From Squalus acanthias (Eukaryota): a stretch of DNA of 64,000 bases. The stretch covers positions 67,892,001 to 67,956,000 of the forward strand of contig CM059432.1 in NCBI GenBank assembly GCA_030390025.1. Direction: 5' to 3'. Shown in pieces: positions 48,767-62,569 of this stretch. The notes under the pieces were generated by a model that saw only the letters and a program-made list of their open reading frames with translations, was not told where the DNA came from and ran no database searches. A program made the translations under genes and the position numbers. Positions within the stretch are counted from its first letter, which is position 1; every line of letters starts with the position of its first letter.

Positions 48767-50017
48767 AGGCTGTCTAAGCAGCCAATCAAAACACAGAATT
48801 CGCACAGACAGCGAACAAGGAAGTGAGTAAGCTCTTAAAATTCTAACATTTTAAACATGTTAGAGAGAGCAAAACAAATATTGGAGCTCTCACATGGGGA
48901 AAAGGGAAACCCTAAATAAAGATGAACAAACTTTTTTTTTTTTAAATAATTTTTGAAAAACATTTTTAAAAATTTTTTATTTTTATTAAAATGGATAAAT
49001 TTGACACTGCACAAAACTAAAAATGAGTTTTTCAGGGCCAGAACCTTTGTTTAGCAGTCAATACACTGTTAAAACTCCAGTTACACCTAATCACATTAGG
49101 ACTAACTTTTAGTGGGGAATTTAACAGAGTAATTACTGCAGAAGAGCTGAAGTTTTCATCAGTTTTCCTGATTTGAGAGATTACACTGATTGCCGGCTCT
49201 GTGACGGGGGTCGGGGGGCGGGGGGGGGAGGGGGGCAGCGGTGTGGGTGGGCACAGCGCAGCCAGTGTCGGAGCAGTGAATGACAGACTGCAATTTCAGA
49301 ATTTCCGCATGCACTTGCACATGCGCCAAATCCCGAAGTTGTGGTCAGTTTCAAAGCCGGAATGACGGCGAACGCTACCAGTTCGCTGTCATCCGGACTG
49401 CAAATTCTGGGCCAATGTAAAATATCTTTAATAGTATGCATCAAAGTAAAATATGTTCTGATGTTATTTTGATTTTTTTGAAATTAAGTCATACATCATA
49501 ACTGGTAAATATGCCACATTTAAATGTAATATATAATGAGCATAGTAGGTATGTTACCAATGCAAAAATGTAATTATTTTAATTTACATTTGTTTCTTAG
49601 GTATGTCAAGAAGCTATGGTATGTTATACCTTGCTAAACATTTATGTTCATGTTCCTTCATACCAGGCAAGGGGGAATTTATTAAAATCCATGTGAATTT
49701 ATTGTGCTGTTATGCTCACATATCAACAATTTTTGTTAATGCCTTTCATTCAAAGGCAGCTGATGTGTCAGTAACAACTGCCCTCATTTTATATTCTGAT
49801 ACTTTTGCTTAACGCAGGTTTTGTTCATTCAAGGTTAGGGGCCTCTGGAAGCATTTCTCAGAATACACCGTATCGATGAGCTACTGATCTAGAGCACAAA
49901 TTTAGGCAGAAAAATCAAACCAATATCAAACAAAAGATAAATGATGACTACCTAAAAAGAAAGAATTGCCTTTCACGACTTCAGGACCTCTGGAAATGTT
50001 TTACAGCCAATGAATTA

Positions 50018-50520
50018 CATAAGAACATAAGAATTAGGAGCAGGAGTAGGCCATACAGCCCGTCGAGCCTGCTCCGCCATTCAATAAGATCATGGCTGAT
50101 CATCGACCTCAACTCCACTTTCCTGCCCGATCCCCATATCCCTTGATTCCCCCAGAGTCCAAAATTCAATCTATTTCAGCCTTGAATATGCTCGATGATT
50201 CAGCATCCACAGTCCTTTGGGGTAGAGAATTCCAAAGATTCACAATCTTCTGAGTGAAGAAATTCCTCCTCATCTCAGTCTTAAATGGCCGACACCTTAT
50301 TCTAGATTCTCCAGCCAGGGGAAACAGCCTCTCAGCATCTACCCTGTCAATCCACCTTAGTATCTTATGGGCTAGAAATTCGGTTCATTTGCACTAAATT
50401 TAGCACCCAGGCGATGTTAGCGACCCAAAATGGTCACTAATGAGTTTTTCCCCCTCAGTAAGATCACCTCTCATGCTTCTAAACTCCAGAGTGTATAGGC
50501 CCAATCTACTTAATCTACTT
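50018..50520 (-). mobile_element. CR1 3' fragment with a short insertion at ~50369-50455
   Basis: Tail CATAAGAACATAAG and 3' UTR as in the other copies. Confidence 0.8.
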
Positions 50521-51799
50521 TTGAAGTGTAGTCACTGTTATTTTTTACGTCAATGCAGCAGCCAATCTGCACCACAGTTTGGGATTCAGTTATGCATTCA
50601 CCCATTTGCTAATATGGTTTTAAAATTTGGAATAGAGGAATACAAATGAATGGTTTACAATCTCTATCCCAATTCGATATAAGTAAACACATTGATGTAG
50701 TTAGAATGGTAACTGGGACTATCTTACCTGCATTATTTCAAAATTGCAGCACTTTGGAGGGACTAACCTCGTGGCAAATTATATAATCCCTGTTTCAGGG
50801 TGATGAGTAGCAGTCAACTCATTGGGCAGGGTTTTGCTGTAGTAATAACAGCAAAGCTATCAAGGCTCGTCGTTTTTACTGGGTAAATCTGACAGCAACT
50901 TCTGGTGTCCGCACATGAGCAGTTAAATGCGGAAATCCAGAAGTTGCAGTCTTCGATGATGGAATCTGCACAGAAATCAATGAAATGGTGTGAACTTGGG
51001 TTAATTGTCCATTTGTCCCACGATAAAAACGGCTTAAAAAGTTGGGCTCATGCTTTCAGGAGTAAATGAAGTTTTAACGGCGTAATAAGTGATAATTAGT
51101 GCCCAACAACCTCTGTGGCCCTGAAAAACTAATTTTACCAATGTGGAGTCTCATTCCCTCAGAAGAAAATTAATGTTGCAGATTTTTTAAGAAATAACTT
51201 TTTTTTTAGTTTTTATGTTTTTCTCTTTTACCTCTCTCCCTTAATCCCATGTATATGTTCCAATCTTTATTTTGCTTCCTGTACAATGATTTAAATGGAA
51301 TTTATATTTCCTGCTTTTTACTTCCTAGTTTGCAGTCTGCGTGTCTCAGTGAGGATGCTTCAATCGGATTGGTTGAAGAGCCTCGTGGCTGTATGACCTG
51401 CGACACCCCAGATCCCCTGTAGAGGGTGATGCTCTGAAACAGATGCCAGATTTGTAGAAATCTCCACTGACGAAATGTCTCTGGGCAACAGTATATGAGG
51501 TGAACTGCGAAACCTGTTCCTTTACCACTAAGAGGAAAATCCAAGCCAATATATTAAAGGAACAGTACATTTACTTGATTTAATAGAAATTTCCACCTAC
51601 CTTCAATTTAACTAAGAGATACGCCGAAACTTTCAACCTCAGCAGGGGCATAAAAAGTAAATGAAAGGGAAATCGCGCAGAGTGTATAACAGGCAGATGT
51701 TCTGTTATCGCCCATTTTATGCTGACACGAAAGTTGTAAGTTCCACCCATACCAGCGCCAGTCATTAAGGCCGGTTTTGATGAAAAAGTGCCTTGCTTC

Positions 51800-54108
51800 T
51801 GCCTACTTCTGGAGCGGGACATGGCGCCCGCAATTTTGGTGAGGGCCATAGCGCTGCCATTGACAGCACTGGCCTCTCAAATTTAAATAATCAGATTGTG
51901 ATGTCAATCGGAGTGCAACGCCTGATTTGACGGCATGACTGCTATTTTGGACATTCTCGGTCTCCATAACACCGTGTCCTGAATACACACAGAAAAACAT
52001 GCATGAAGTAGCCCTGCAGAGACACTGTCAGCGCTTCTTAAAGGAAAACACACATTTTTCAGGTAAGTTTGTATTTCAGCTTTTGGACTTTTAAAATATT
52101 TTATTGAAGTAGTGGCTTGGTGCAATACATTTTAAAAGTTGTTGAAGTGTGCAAGGAGTGCTGGGAATGCTGCTGGATGCTTGCAAGGTTTTGGCTGGTA
52201 AAGGAGGGCCTCTGAGAAGACAGAAAATGCTGGAAATACTCAGCAAATCAGGCAGCATCTGTGGAGAGAGACACAGATTTAAAGTCTCAGGTCGAAATGC
52301 TGCCTGACCTGCTGAGTATTTCCAGCTTGTTCTGTTTTTATTTCAGATTTCCAGCATTTGCAGTATTTTGCCTCCGAGAAGACCACTTGCTCACAGTCCT
52401 GGGGGGCACATGGAGATGAAGCAGAGGCAGCAAAGGAGACAAGCTGCTCGCAGAGGGAAGAGGAAGAGCAGAAGAGGAAGACACAGAAGAGGAAGATGCA
52501 GAAGGGGAAAACTCAGAAGAGGAAGAAGTAGAAGAGGAAGAAGCAGAAGAGGAGGAAGCAGAAGGAAGGATGCAATCCCGACAGCCCCTTTCTGGCCAGG
52601 ATATCCAGGATTGAATCATCTGCCAGTGACCACAACCCCAATTACCCTTTCAACATTTGTCGCACACCTTACCTTCCCTCTATTACTGACCATCACAGCG
52701 TCCTCTTGGCCACAATGCTGAAATAAAAGCAAACTTTCCAATCCAACTTTATCCATAAATGCATCCAATATGACATCAATAAATCAACTAATCACCCTTA
52801 GTGACTGTCATGCGTGTGCCTTTGCCTATCCTAGTGATGTCATGCAGTGTTACCACAGTGGCTGCAGCATGTCTGGTGGAAGGCTGCTGACTTTCAGTGA
52901 GAGGCACTGCAGATGGCCTTGCAGGACGACCTTGAGCTGGTGGCTGGGAGTGTGAAATCGAGTGATGCTGTTTCTTCCAATTTATCTTCTTTACTCTCCT
53001 CACCCTCTTCAGGGTCAACCACTGGCTGGGCAGGCTGGATTTCTTGGGTGTCTAAAATGAAGAAGGCACAAGGGTAGGGCTGTGGTGAGGGGAGGACGGG
53101 AAAGCAAGAGCTACATGCTTACATATTTTGCACCTTGTAAATCAGAAGATATTGCGGGATGAGGGGGAAGAGGTGTGTGAGAAGAAGGATAACATATGAG
53201 GATACCGGCATTTTGTATTCTTTCAGCCCTGCAGCTGACCATGGTCTCAGCCATGCCCCTTCCAAGAATGGCCAGAACCATCTTTTCCAAGGCGGTGAGG
53301 TGAAGCTAGGAATGTGAGGTGTGCCTTGTGATTGGTACAGAATGTTGTTAGGTGAGTGATGGGGGGTGGGGTGGTCATGGATTGAGCAGTGTGTGATGCT
53401 AGTGGTGCAGTTGGTAGGAGATGGCTTTTGAAGATGCATTCACTGACCTTGACCACTGGGCTGAGGTCATGAAACTTGTTTGGGCACTGGAGCCAGGTTG
53501 TGGGGGCAACACTCATGACGACCTCGGCGATCTGTTCTTTCTGGAGGTCCTGCTGGCCCCATGTGAGTAGAGGAGTCTCTTGCAGTGTTGACCCCCTGCA
53601 CAAAGCTGGAGTGCTGCATGCAAAACCCTGGCTGCCCTTCCCCTGGCTTGTTGAGCTATTTGTGTCAGTGTTCCATCACTTCTACCATTTCTTTACACGC
53701 AGAAGGCAGTTCAGCTTTAAGAGCTGAAGACTGCCAATTCGGAATTATTTTTAATGTTTTTTTTTCAGAAGACAGTTGAGCTCTAAGGGCCAAAGACTGC
53801 CTATTTTTAAATGATTTTTATTTTTTCATTTTAGAAGGCAGTTCCCCATTAAGGGCTCGAGACAGCTTTCTAAAATGACAGTCTAGCTTTAAGACAATGC
53901 TGCCTTGCTCCAGGGACACTATGGCCATGCTGCATTGGGCCTCCTGCTGAGAGTACCACCTGAAAAAATGCGTTGCATGGTAGTTTCTGCGCTCCGATCA
54001 TTTAAATCAGCAGTCAGCACGGTGCTGCCTGCTCTCTTTTTACGGGCGGGAGTTAACCTCGCCCCGTGGTGTCACTGGCCGTTTTCCTGTGCTATCGGAT
54101 TTCTAGGC
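51800..54108 (-). mobile_element. Highly decayed Harbinger element related to 29813-33242
   Basis: Myb exon APTTWLQCPNKFHDLSPVVK|VS at ~53440-53530; acidic transposase tail at 52430-52570; flanks similar to 29900-30130. Boundaries approximate. Confidence 0.6.
52217..52372. repeat. Short inverted-repeat element of the type associated with fish Penelope ends
   Basis: ACAGAAAATGCTGGAAATACTCAGC...GGCAGCAT pairs with ATGCTGCC...GCTGAGTATTTCCAGC...TCTGT. Confidence 0.5.
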
Positions 54109-54459
54109 CACAGTAGTAAATAAATTAGAAGCTTTAAAAATATTTGGTTTAATTTTTTTTTTTAATTAGATAGTGGTTACAATAGTATATCTGAGTTGTA
54201 GTTAGTGTCTAGCATTACTAAATTATCTCCTCACATTAATCTTCCAGAAGAAGTCAGGATGTTGTCTGATATGGAGGAGAACCCTGAGACGCTGATGTTT
54301 CTACAATCTTATTGAGGTGCTGTTGAAGTAGGTTTGGTGAATCACTGCTGTGCATCCTGTAGATATATGTTGTGCCGCAGTGCACAGGTAGTGGAGAGGG
54401 TTGATATTATCCAGTGGCAGTAGTGCCAATCAAGAGGGCATTTTCTTTATTTTTCATTT

Positions 54460-56216
54460 ATGGAATGTGGGCGTCACTGGCAAGGCCAGCATTTATTGCC
54501 CACCCCTAATTGCCCTTGAGAAGGTGGTGGTGAGCCACCTTCTTGAACCGCCGCAGTCCGTGTGGTGAAGGTACTCCCACAGTGCTGTTAGGTAGGGAGT
54601 TCCAGGATTTTGACCAAACGACGATGAAGGAACAGCGATATACTTCTAAGTCAGGATAGTGTGTAACTTGCATGGTGTTCCCATGCACCTGCTGCCCTTG
54701 TCCTTCTAGGTGGTAGAGGTCACGGGTTTGGGAGGTGCTGCCAAAGAAGCCTTGGCAAGTTGCTGCAGTGTATCTTGTAGATGGTACACACTGCAGCCAC
54801 GGTGCCTTGATCTGATCCATTGATTGTGGGATCGCTTAGCCCTGTCTATAGCAAGCTGCTTCCACTGATTAGCATGCATGTAGTCCTGTGTTGCAGCTTC
54901 CCCAGGTTGGCACCTCATTTTTAGGTACTCCTGGTGCTGCTCCTGCCATGCTCCTCTGCACTCCTCATTGAACCAGTGTTGGTCCCCTGGCTTGATGGTA
55001 ATGGTAGAGTGAGGGATATGCCAGGCCATGAGGTTACACATTGTGGTGGAATACAATTCTGCTGCTGCTGATGGCCCACAATGCCTCATGGATGCCCAGT
55101 TTTGAGCTGCTAGATCTGTTCTGAATCTATCCCATTAGGCACGGTGGTAATCCCACACAATACAATAGAGGGTGTCCTCAGTGTGAAGACAGGATTTCGT
55201 CTCCACAAGGACTGTGTGGTGGTCACTGCTACCAATGCTATCATGGACAGATGCATCTGCGACAGGTAGGTTGGTGAGGACGAGGTCAAGTAGGTTTTTC
55301 CCTCATGTTGGTTCTCTCACCCCCTGCCACAGGCCCAGTCAGCCAGCTATGTCCTTCAGGACTCGGCCTGCTCAGTCAGTAGCTGTGCTACCTAGCGACT
55401 CTTGGTGATGGACGTTGAAGTCCCCAACCCAGAGTACATTCTGTGCCCTTGCTACTCTCAGTGCTTCTTCCAAGTGGTGTTCAACATGGAGGAGTAACGA
55501 TTCATCAGCTGACAGAGAGCAGTATGTATCCTTGCCCATGCTTGACCTGAAGCCATGAGACTTCATGAGGTCCGGAGTCAATATTGAGGACTCCCAGGGC
55601 CACTCCCTCCCAACTGTATACCACTGTGCCGCCACCTCTGGTGGGTCTGTCCTGCCGGTGGGACAGGACATACCCAGGGATGGTGATGGAGGAATCTGAG
55701 ACATTGGCTGAAAGGTATGATTCTGTGAGTATGACTATGTCAGGCTGTTGCTTGACTAGTCTGTGGGACAGCTCTCCCAATTTTGGCACAAGTCCTCAGA
55801 TGTTAGTGAGCAGGACTTTGCAGGATCGACTGGGCTGGCTGGGTGTGCCATCGTCGTATCTGGATTTATTCTTATTACTGTTTTTCGTAGCGGTTTGTTA
55901 CAACTGAGTGGCTTGCGAGGCCATTTCAGAGGGCAGTTAAGAGTTAACCACATTGCTGTCGGTCTGGAGTCACATATAGGCCAGACCAGGTAACGACAGC
56001 AGATTTTCTTCCCTAAAGGACATTAATGAACCAGATGGGTTTTTTAAATGACAATCCAATAGTTACCATTACTAACTCTTTTTTTTAAAAGATTTATTTA
56101 ATTAATTGAATTCAAATTCGCCCAGCTGCCGCGTTGGGTTTTGAACTCATGTATTACCCAATTATTAGTCCAGACTTCTAGGATTACTGGTCCAGTAACA
56201 TAACCACTATGCTACC
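54460..56216 (-). mobile_element. Internally deleted copy of the second LINE family (tRNA-like head, 5' UTR, endonuclease, 3' end; RT missing)
   Basis: Head at 56216; endonuclease QPDIVILTESYL...HRQDRPTRGGGTVVY. The junction near 54805 joins sequence equivalent to ~22665 directly to ~24120 of the longer copy. Confidence 0.8.
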
Positions 56217-59200
56217 TTTCCCAGCTGCTCTGTACTGGATGGTGTTGAGTACTTGAGTGTTGTAACAGCTACACCAATCCAGACAAATAATGAATATTCC
56301 ATTACACTCCTGACTCAAGGGATCAGGAGATGAAATACTTGCCACAGAATACCCAGCCTCTGCCCTACTCTTGTAGCCACATTGTTGATATGGCTGGTCC
56401 AGTTCATTCTCCAAGATACTGATTGCAGGGGCCGTCCATTATACACCCCATCGGTTTTCCTTTCCACTGATCCGTTATTGCCAGTTTTCCACCCCCGAAA
56501 AAGTTGAAAGTTCACCCCTAACAGTTCTGATGTTTGGACCACATGGGGAGGGGGTGCCTTATGTTAGTGGTGTGGTGTACTGTACAACATAGCCGTGAAA
56601 AGAGGCATATGGGAGGTGGAGAAGGAGGAGCGGGATTGATTTACCAAGTTTTATTTGAGGAGTTTGCCCCATGCTTTTAAGTTCACGGGCTGTTGTTTTA
56701 AGCTCCTTTTACGAGCTTTTTATTTTTTGCTATTTATTTGGAAAACAGAGATTTTGAAAGAATGGAATGATTACAAACATTAAGATGATTGATGTGTTGT
56801 ACCTTCAATGCACCATCATTGAATATAAATTATAATTCTCTTCTATTAAGTGTCTTGAAACATTTACTATATTAATGGTGCTATTTAAATACATGTTAAT
56901 AATAATTATTTTCATGTACTAGTACTTGCACTTGTTCTAGTGTAATATCCCTATACTACTGCAAGTTGAGGGTGTGAATGTTTCCTGAGAGGCCTGCTGA
57001 GAACGTGCATCTGATTTGGCTGCCCATCTATCACTGTATGTTGGAGACCCTGACGGTCCTCCCTTGGTGCCAGAAATAACCTGTCCTATTATGGCTGCAT
57101 GGGTCTCTTTGCTTTGGAAGGTTTCTTCTGTTACTCATCCATAGATACATAGGTGGTACATTTCCACAGGGGTTCTCCCAATCGTCCACTGTAACTTCAG
57201 TGCAAGAGCAAATGGCATGCACGATGTGTACACAATGGCTCCTTCACTGAAGTTACCACAGCTGAGCAGGAGAATCCCCCCAACCATGAAAACTCACCCT
57301 CCTAAGTCAAAGGACTGGTAGCGACTTAAAACCTGTTCCTGTGCATCTGCCAACATGTTCCTGCTGGACGTCACATCTGCCACTAATCTGCTCAAGCGTG
57401 AACCGTTGCACTCCCATAGAGTCCTTTCACTGGTGGCTCACTGCAACCTGTGGCCAAGCTCATGGAAGTGGCCTTTAAGGCATCTCGTATTTTGGCACGT
57501 AATGCCTCAGCTGCATCAGTGGGAGCACTCATGAGAGATGCTGTAACTTTGCTCACTTCCTGAGTGCCTGAAATCTCTCTTGTAGATGCCATTGATGCTG
57601 CATACAACCTAATGACAGTCTGCAGAGAAGTGAACCTGCTGCATATTACCTCCCAACTCTGTACTAACTGCTTGCATTATGCTCTGTAAGGAGGCAAGTG
57701 ACTGGTGAGTCGAATCTTGTTCTTCCATTTTATAGTTGGCCCATATGGCTGGAATCATTAGTAGCTCAACAGGGGCCACAGCAATATTAGGTCTCTGCTC
57801 AACAGCAGCCAGTCTTTCGTCAGCCACCAACTCAGCCCCTTACACACCTATGAGTGATTTACCCTGTGCTTCTTCCTATAAATCTGACAGACCTTCTAGA
57901 GTATGCGTCTGCGAATGCTTCAAATGGTAATGAGGCAAAGCGCTCTGATGAAGCTCATTAATGAGTGGACCTCACTTACTTTGACTGCAGCATATTTGTA
58001 ACAGGAAGAAAATATGCACATGATCAGTCCATGTGCATGTAATGTACCATGCTACGCGTACACACAATACATGGCACTTTTCAGGGCACATCACATTCAT
58101 TGCTTGACAACTGCTGAAACACAACTGCACAAATAAAGTATGCAATTTCAGTTGTATAGACATGAAGCACCTTCCTTTTCTCCAGTTTGCACAGCGTGCA
58201 TAGCAGGTGCTGCCTCCTATCCAGTACTTCAGTTACCACCTCTTATAGGGGTTTGGCCTGCTGAGAGCCTCTGCTCTTCTGCACTCAGTGCTTTCTGTTG
58301 TATGCTGCTTCTTTCTCCTAGAAGAAGAAATAATATGCAGGGAACGAACAAATAGTTTGTGCTTTCCTTTTTACATTTGCAGCATAATCTGATAGCTTCA
58401 TGCATAGTTTATTGTAAAGTAGCTTGCTTACAGGTATCTGAAATAGTTTACAGTCTGCTTGAGTGCATTGGAATTGCCAGCAAGTATGAATAGCAATAAT
58501 CTTTCTAGGCTATCTTTTCTTTGGCCTGCTGTATTAATTATAAACAATTTTCATTACTTCCTTTTATGTTGTAATTGTAGAGGTGATTGCATCAGTTTGG
58601 ACTAAGTACAACAAGGTAATGAAACAATGTTGCCTGACAGCTGTAACTTACTTTGGTTGGCATCTGTGGATACCTTCATACATTTTCCACAATTATCCTC
58701 ATTTTAAACCTTGACATTTTTTTTTAAATACGGACAATATCCTTCAGTTGCTGCGAGTACAAGATCGCATGTTCATGGCAGGGTGCTGGCCTTCAATGTG
58801 TACTTGATCCTCTGGTTATTAATGGTTTGCAATCTGCGCGATACAGAGCAGTCAACTTTCCCTCACACCATTGACTATGATCTACAGTGCTTCATCTGCA
58901 AATCCTGGTATCGGCTGTCTTGTGTGTCTCTCCATTTCTCCCAGAAATTGATGAGTCTGCATCCTCATTGATCCAAAGAGCACTATTTAAGGCAGCTAAG
59001 TGACTATTTTGCTAGTTAAGCAACAGTCTTGCAGATACTTTTGTACTGGTCACTCAAACACTCTTGAGCTTCCAAAGCGGCTGCCAAGTTCTGCACTGCT
59101 ACAAATGTGCTTAATAAAGGGCTAAACATGCTACTCCCATTTAATGCCATAGCCCTGATTTTAACCTAACCTTTCAGACAGGAATGGCTTCAATGGAGAG

Positions 59201-59594
59201 TAAAATCAGATGGGGTGTAAAACGGGCGTCCAACCTGAACCCACCCAGTTCCTGCCGGGCGGTTAGGTTAAAATTAGTGCTACTGTCTTTATGCTAAAGA
59301 TTTAACCCTTTGTTAGTTATGCATTGAAGACCTGCTAAATGTACATGAAACTGAAGGAAATTGGTTTCCTTAACTAAAACTACACCCTCTATAAAGTTTC
59401 CTCTATTCCTAGGTTCCCATTATTAACTTCTACATATGTTCTATTACAAGCTACAGTTGTAAAACTTGTAAAAGAGCCTGGCATGTGATATTACCTTCAA
59501 ATGTCATTCTGGAGTTTCTACCGAGCCTTCCTGTTCTGTGCGACTGTACTTTCAATTGGCTGAATTCTTATGTGAATTGGTTCGCGGCCCCTTT

Positions 59595-60193
59595 GGGGCA
59601 CGAACTTCGCCGGGGCCGCCCCCACCATCGAAATTGAATGGTAGCGCCCCAAGCAGGAGGCGGGCGCTACTGGAAGCGCCCCCCCTCCCTCTTGGGGCAT
59701 TCCAGTTCAATATCTCGGCACTACGTGCAGCAGCGCCATGCGCGCTGGCATGTAGCGCCGTGGTACTGCAGGCCTCCTTCTCCTTATTAAAGGGGAGGGG
59801 CCTAGCGCAGTGCGAACTGGGGCGCTGCTGGGCCACCAGGGAGCGGGGTGCCGGCAAAAGAGCCCGGCAATCAAGAGGAGGGCAGCGGGGGCAGGTGCTG
59901 GCAGGCGGCCCACAAAAAGAATGGTCACCCGGTACCTCCCCTTTAAATATCGGCGCCCCAGTCGTAAGTACACCCCCCCTGATCCTGTCGGACATAGTGT
60001 CCAGCGGTACGTCAGGGGGCGCAACCCAATTTTGCGTCTGGGGCGCGAGCGAGGCGCTGCGCACGGCGATGACGTCATTGTCGGAGGCACAGCACCATGG
60101 GGCGCCACCTGCTACCGCTGCCACTATCCTCCCACTGAATTTAGCGGGAGGCGTTAGCGGCTCCGCGCCCGGGCCCTAGTAGAATTTTGCCCC
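59595..60193. mobile_element. CpG-rich non-coding element with short GGGGCA...TGCCCC termini (probable MITE)
   Basis: Abrupt GC/CpG-rich block in an AT-rich background, with imperfect termini similar to the local Harbinger TIRs. Confidence 0.4.
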
Positions 60194-60252
60194 CACTAAG
60201 TTTAAGCCTCAGTGATATGCTTTTACATTTAAGCTATTTATGATATTAAAAA

Positions 60253-61828
60253 GTGACATCAGTAGTAGGGAAAATGCTAGAATCTATTATTATGGACGTG
60301 GTAATAGGGCACTTAGAAAATAATAATAGGATTGGGCAGAGTCAACACGGATTTATGAAAGGGAAATCATGTTTGACGAATCTGTTAGAGGTTTTTGAGG
60401 TTGTAACTAGCAGAATAGATAAGGGGGAATCAGTGGATGTGGTGTATTTGGATTTTCAGAAGCAATTCGATAAAGTGCCACACAAGAGGTTATCAAACAA
60501 AATTAGGGCACATGGGATTGGGGGTAATATAGTAGCATGGATTGAGGATTAGTTAACGGACAGGAAACAGAGAGTAGGAATTAACAGGTCATTTTCGGGC
60601 TGGCAGGCTGTAACTAGTGGGATCAGTGCTTGGGCCTCAGCTATTCACAATCTATATCAATCTTCTTCTTCTTTTGTATGGCAGTAGCAAAGCAAATCAA
60701 ATGTCAATATCTAAGTTGGATATCCAGGCCAAAACCTCCGGTGTAACAGCGTGGATATCTTGTAGGCTGCCTGTGAATTTCCTCTGAGGGCAGTGCTCAG
60801 TGATGTGCTCCAGGGTCTGATTAGGAGCTCCACAGTTGCATGATGGGGATGCTTTAATCTTCCATCTATGGGGAAGGTGGCAGCATCTAGCATGACCAGT
60901 TCTGAGGGGGTTGATGGTTGTCCACTGTTTGCGAGGAAGGTTTGATCCTTCAGGTTGTACTGTGGGGTCCTCTATAAGGCTTCAAGACAGGCTAAGTGAG
61001 TGAGCAAGAACATGGCAATTGGAATATAATGTGGAGAAATCTGAAGTTATCCACTTTGGTAGGAAAAATAGAAAAGCAGAGTACTTTTTAAATGGTGAGA
61101 GATTGAGAAATGTTGGTGTTCAGAGGGACCTGGGTGTCCTTGTACACGAATCACTGAAAGTTAACATGCAGGTACAGCAAGCAATTAGGAAAGCAAATGG
61201 TATGTTGGTCTTTATTACAAGAGGATTTGAGTATAAGAGTAAAGACATCTTACTGCAATTATATAGGGCCCTGGTGAGACCACACCTGGAGTATTGTGTA
61301 CAGTTTTGGTCTCCTTACCTAAGGAAGGATATACCTGCCTTATAGGAAGTGCAACGAAGGGTCACCAGACTGATTCCTGGGATGGGGGGATTGTCGTATG
61401 AGGAGAGATTGAGTAGACTAGGCCTATATTCTCTGGAGTTTAGAAGAATGAGAGGTAATCTCATCGAAACATACAAAATTCTTACAGGGCTTGACAGGGT
61501 AGATGCAGGAAGATTTTCCCCCTGGCTGGGGAGTCTAGAACCAGAATAAGGGGTCGACCATTTAGGACCGAGATGAGGAGAAATTGCTTCACTCAGAGGG
61601 TGGTGAATCTTTGTAATTCTCTACCCCAGAGGGCTGTAGAGGCTCAGTTGTTGAATATATTCAAGACAGAGATCGATAGATTTTTGGATATTAAGGGAAT
61701 CAAGGGATATAGGGATAGTGCAGGAAAGTGGAATTGAAGTAGAAGATCAGCCATGATCTTATTGAATGGTGGAGCAGGCTCGAGGGGCCGAATGGCCTAC
61801 TCCTGCTCCTATTTCTTATGTTCTTATG
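60253..61828 (+). mobile_element. 5'-truncated CR1 LINE, interrupted at ~60661-60985
   Basis: ORFs 60253-60552, 61019-61345 and 61349-61549 carry CR1 RT motifs; tail CTTATGTTCTTATG. Confidence 0.9.
60661..60985 (-). mobile_element. 3' end of an I-group (Ingi/Vingi-like) non-LTR element
   Basis: Minus translation CNCGAPNQTLEHITEHCPQRKFTGSLQDIH...WISNLDIDI* (C-terminal CCHC knuckle), followed by an (AAG)n tail. Confidence 0.55.
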
Positions 61829-62147
61829 TGAGTGATAGTTTTATTATTCCAGGAAAAGTTTGCATGCTCTGTGTCATAAGCACCTTTTTATTCTGCTTTA
61901 TTGAAGGGTCCTTCCTAAAGAGAGAACCTATTAGTTGAAAGTGGAAATACTTCTAAAAAAGGGATGGAGCTGCCATGTTGTAGAATTACATCTGGAGTTC
62001 CTGTTGAAAATTATTTTGATTCATGAATTTGTATAGGCTGCCTCCTATACATACTTCAGACTATAAGTAACCACTGCTGAAATAATGTACCAGTGAAGAA
62101 TGAAATATGATTTAAATTCAAGATGAATCCTGGAGTGTTTTGTTTTT

Positions 62148-62370
62148 ATTCGTTCATGGGATGTGGGTGTCGCAGGTAAGGCCAGCATTTATTGCCCATC
62201 CCTAATTGCCCTTGAGAAGGTGGTGGTGGGCCACCTTCTTGAACCGCTGCAGTCCGTGTGGTAAAGGTACTTCCACAGTGCTGTTAGGGAGAGTGTTCCA
62301 GGATTTTCATGCAGTGACAATGAAGGATCAGTGATATATTTCCAAGTCAGGATGGTGTGTGACTTGGAGG
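62148..62370 (-). mobile_element. 3' end of the second LINE family
   Basis: Reverse complement of 24270-24485. Confidence 0.8.
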
Positions 62371-62569
62371 GTTCAATACAAACTACAGGAAATCAATTAC
62401 AACCATTTGGTTGAATTAATTTTTTTTTTTCTGTTTAAACTGGCTGCCTGAGTTCTAAAGTTAGAACATCAAACTTCAGTGTGGTCAGCCTAATTCTCTG
62501 CAACTCCTTTCCTGAACCCTTTCTTCAAGATATTTCATTCCCCGTTCTTAAAATCCTTTTCCAACCCGG

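Noticed and set aside
48054..48830. Several 90-227 aa Arg/Gly/Pro-rich ORFs
   Set aside because: Translations of the 19-bp minisatellite; the unit length is not a multiple of three. Not a CRISPR array either, as there are no unique spacers.
52217..52372. Possible hammerhead ribozyme in a Penelope-associated inverted repeat
   Set aside because: The central part appears deleted; no CTGATGA...GAAA core is present.
57000..58960. Possible further decayed Harbinger Myb gene on the minus strand
   Set aside because: Only vague compositional resemblance; no diagnostic motif or TIR pair that I could confirm.
59538..60179. Overlapping 190-213 aa ORFs / possible CpG-island promoter
   Set aside because: GC-rich block with repeat-like termini; ORFs open on both strands with no recognisable domain.
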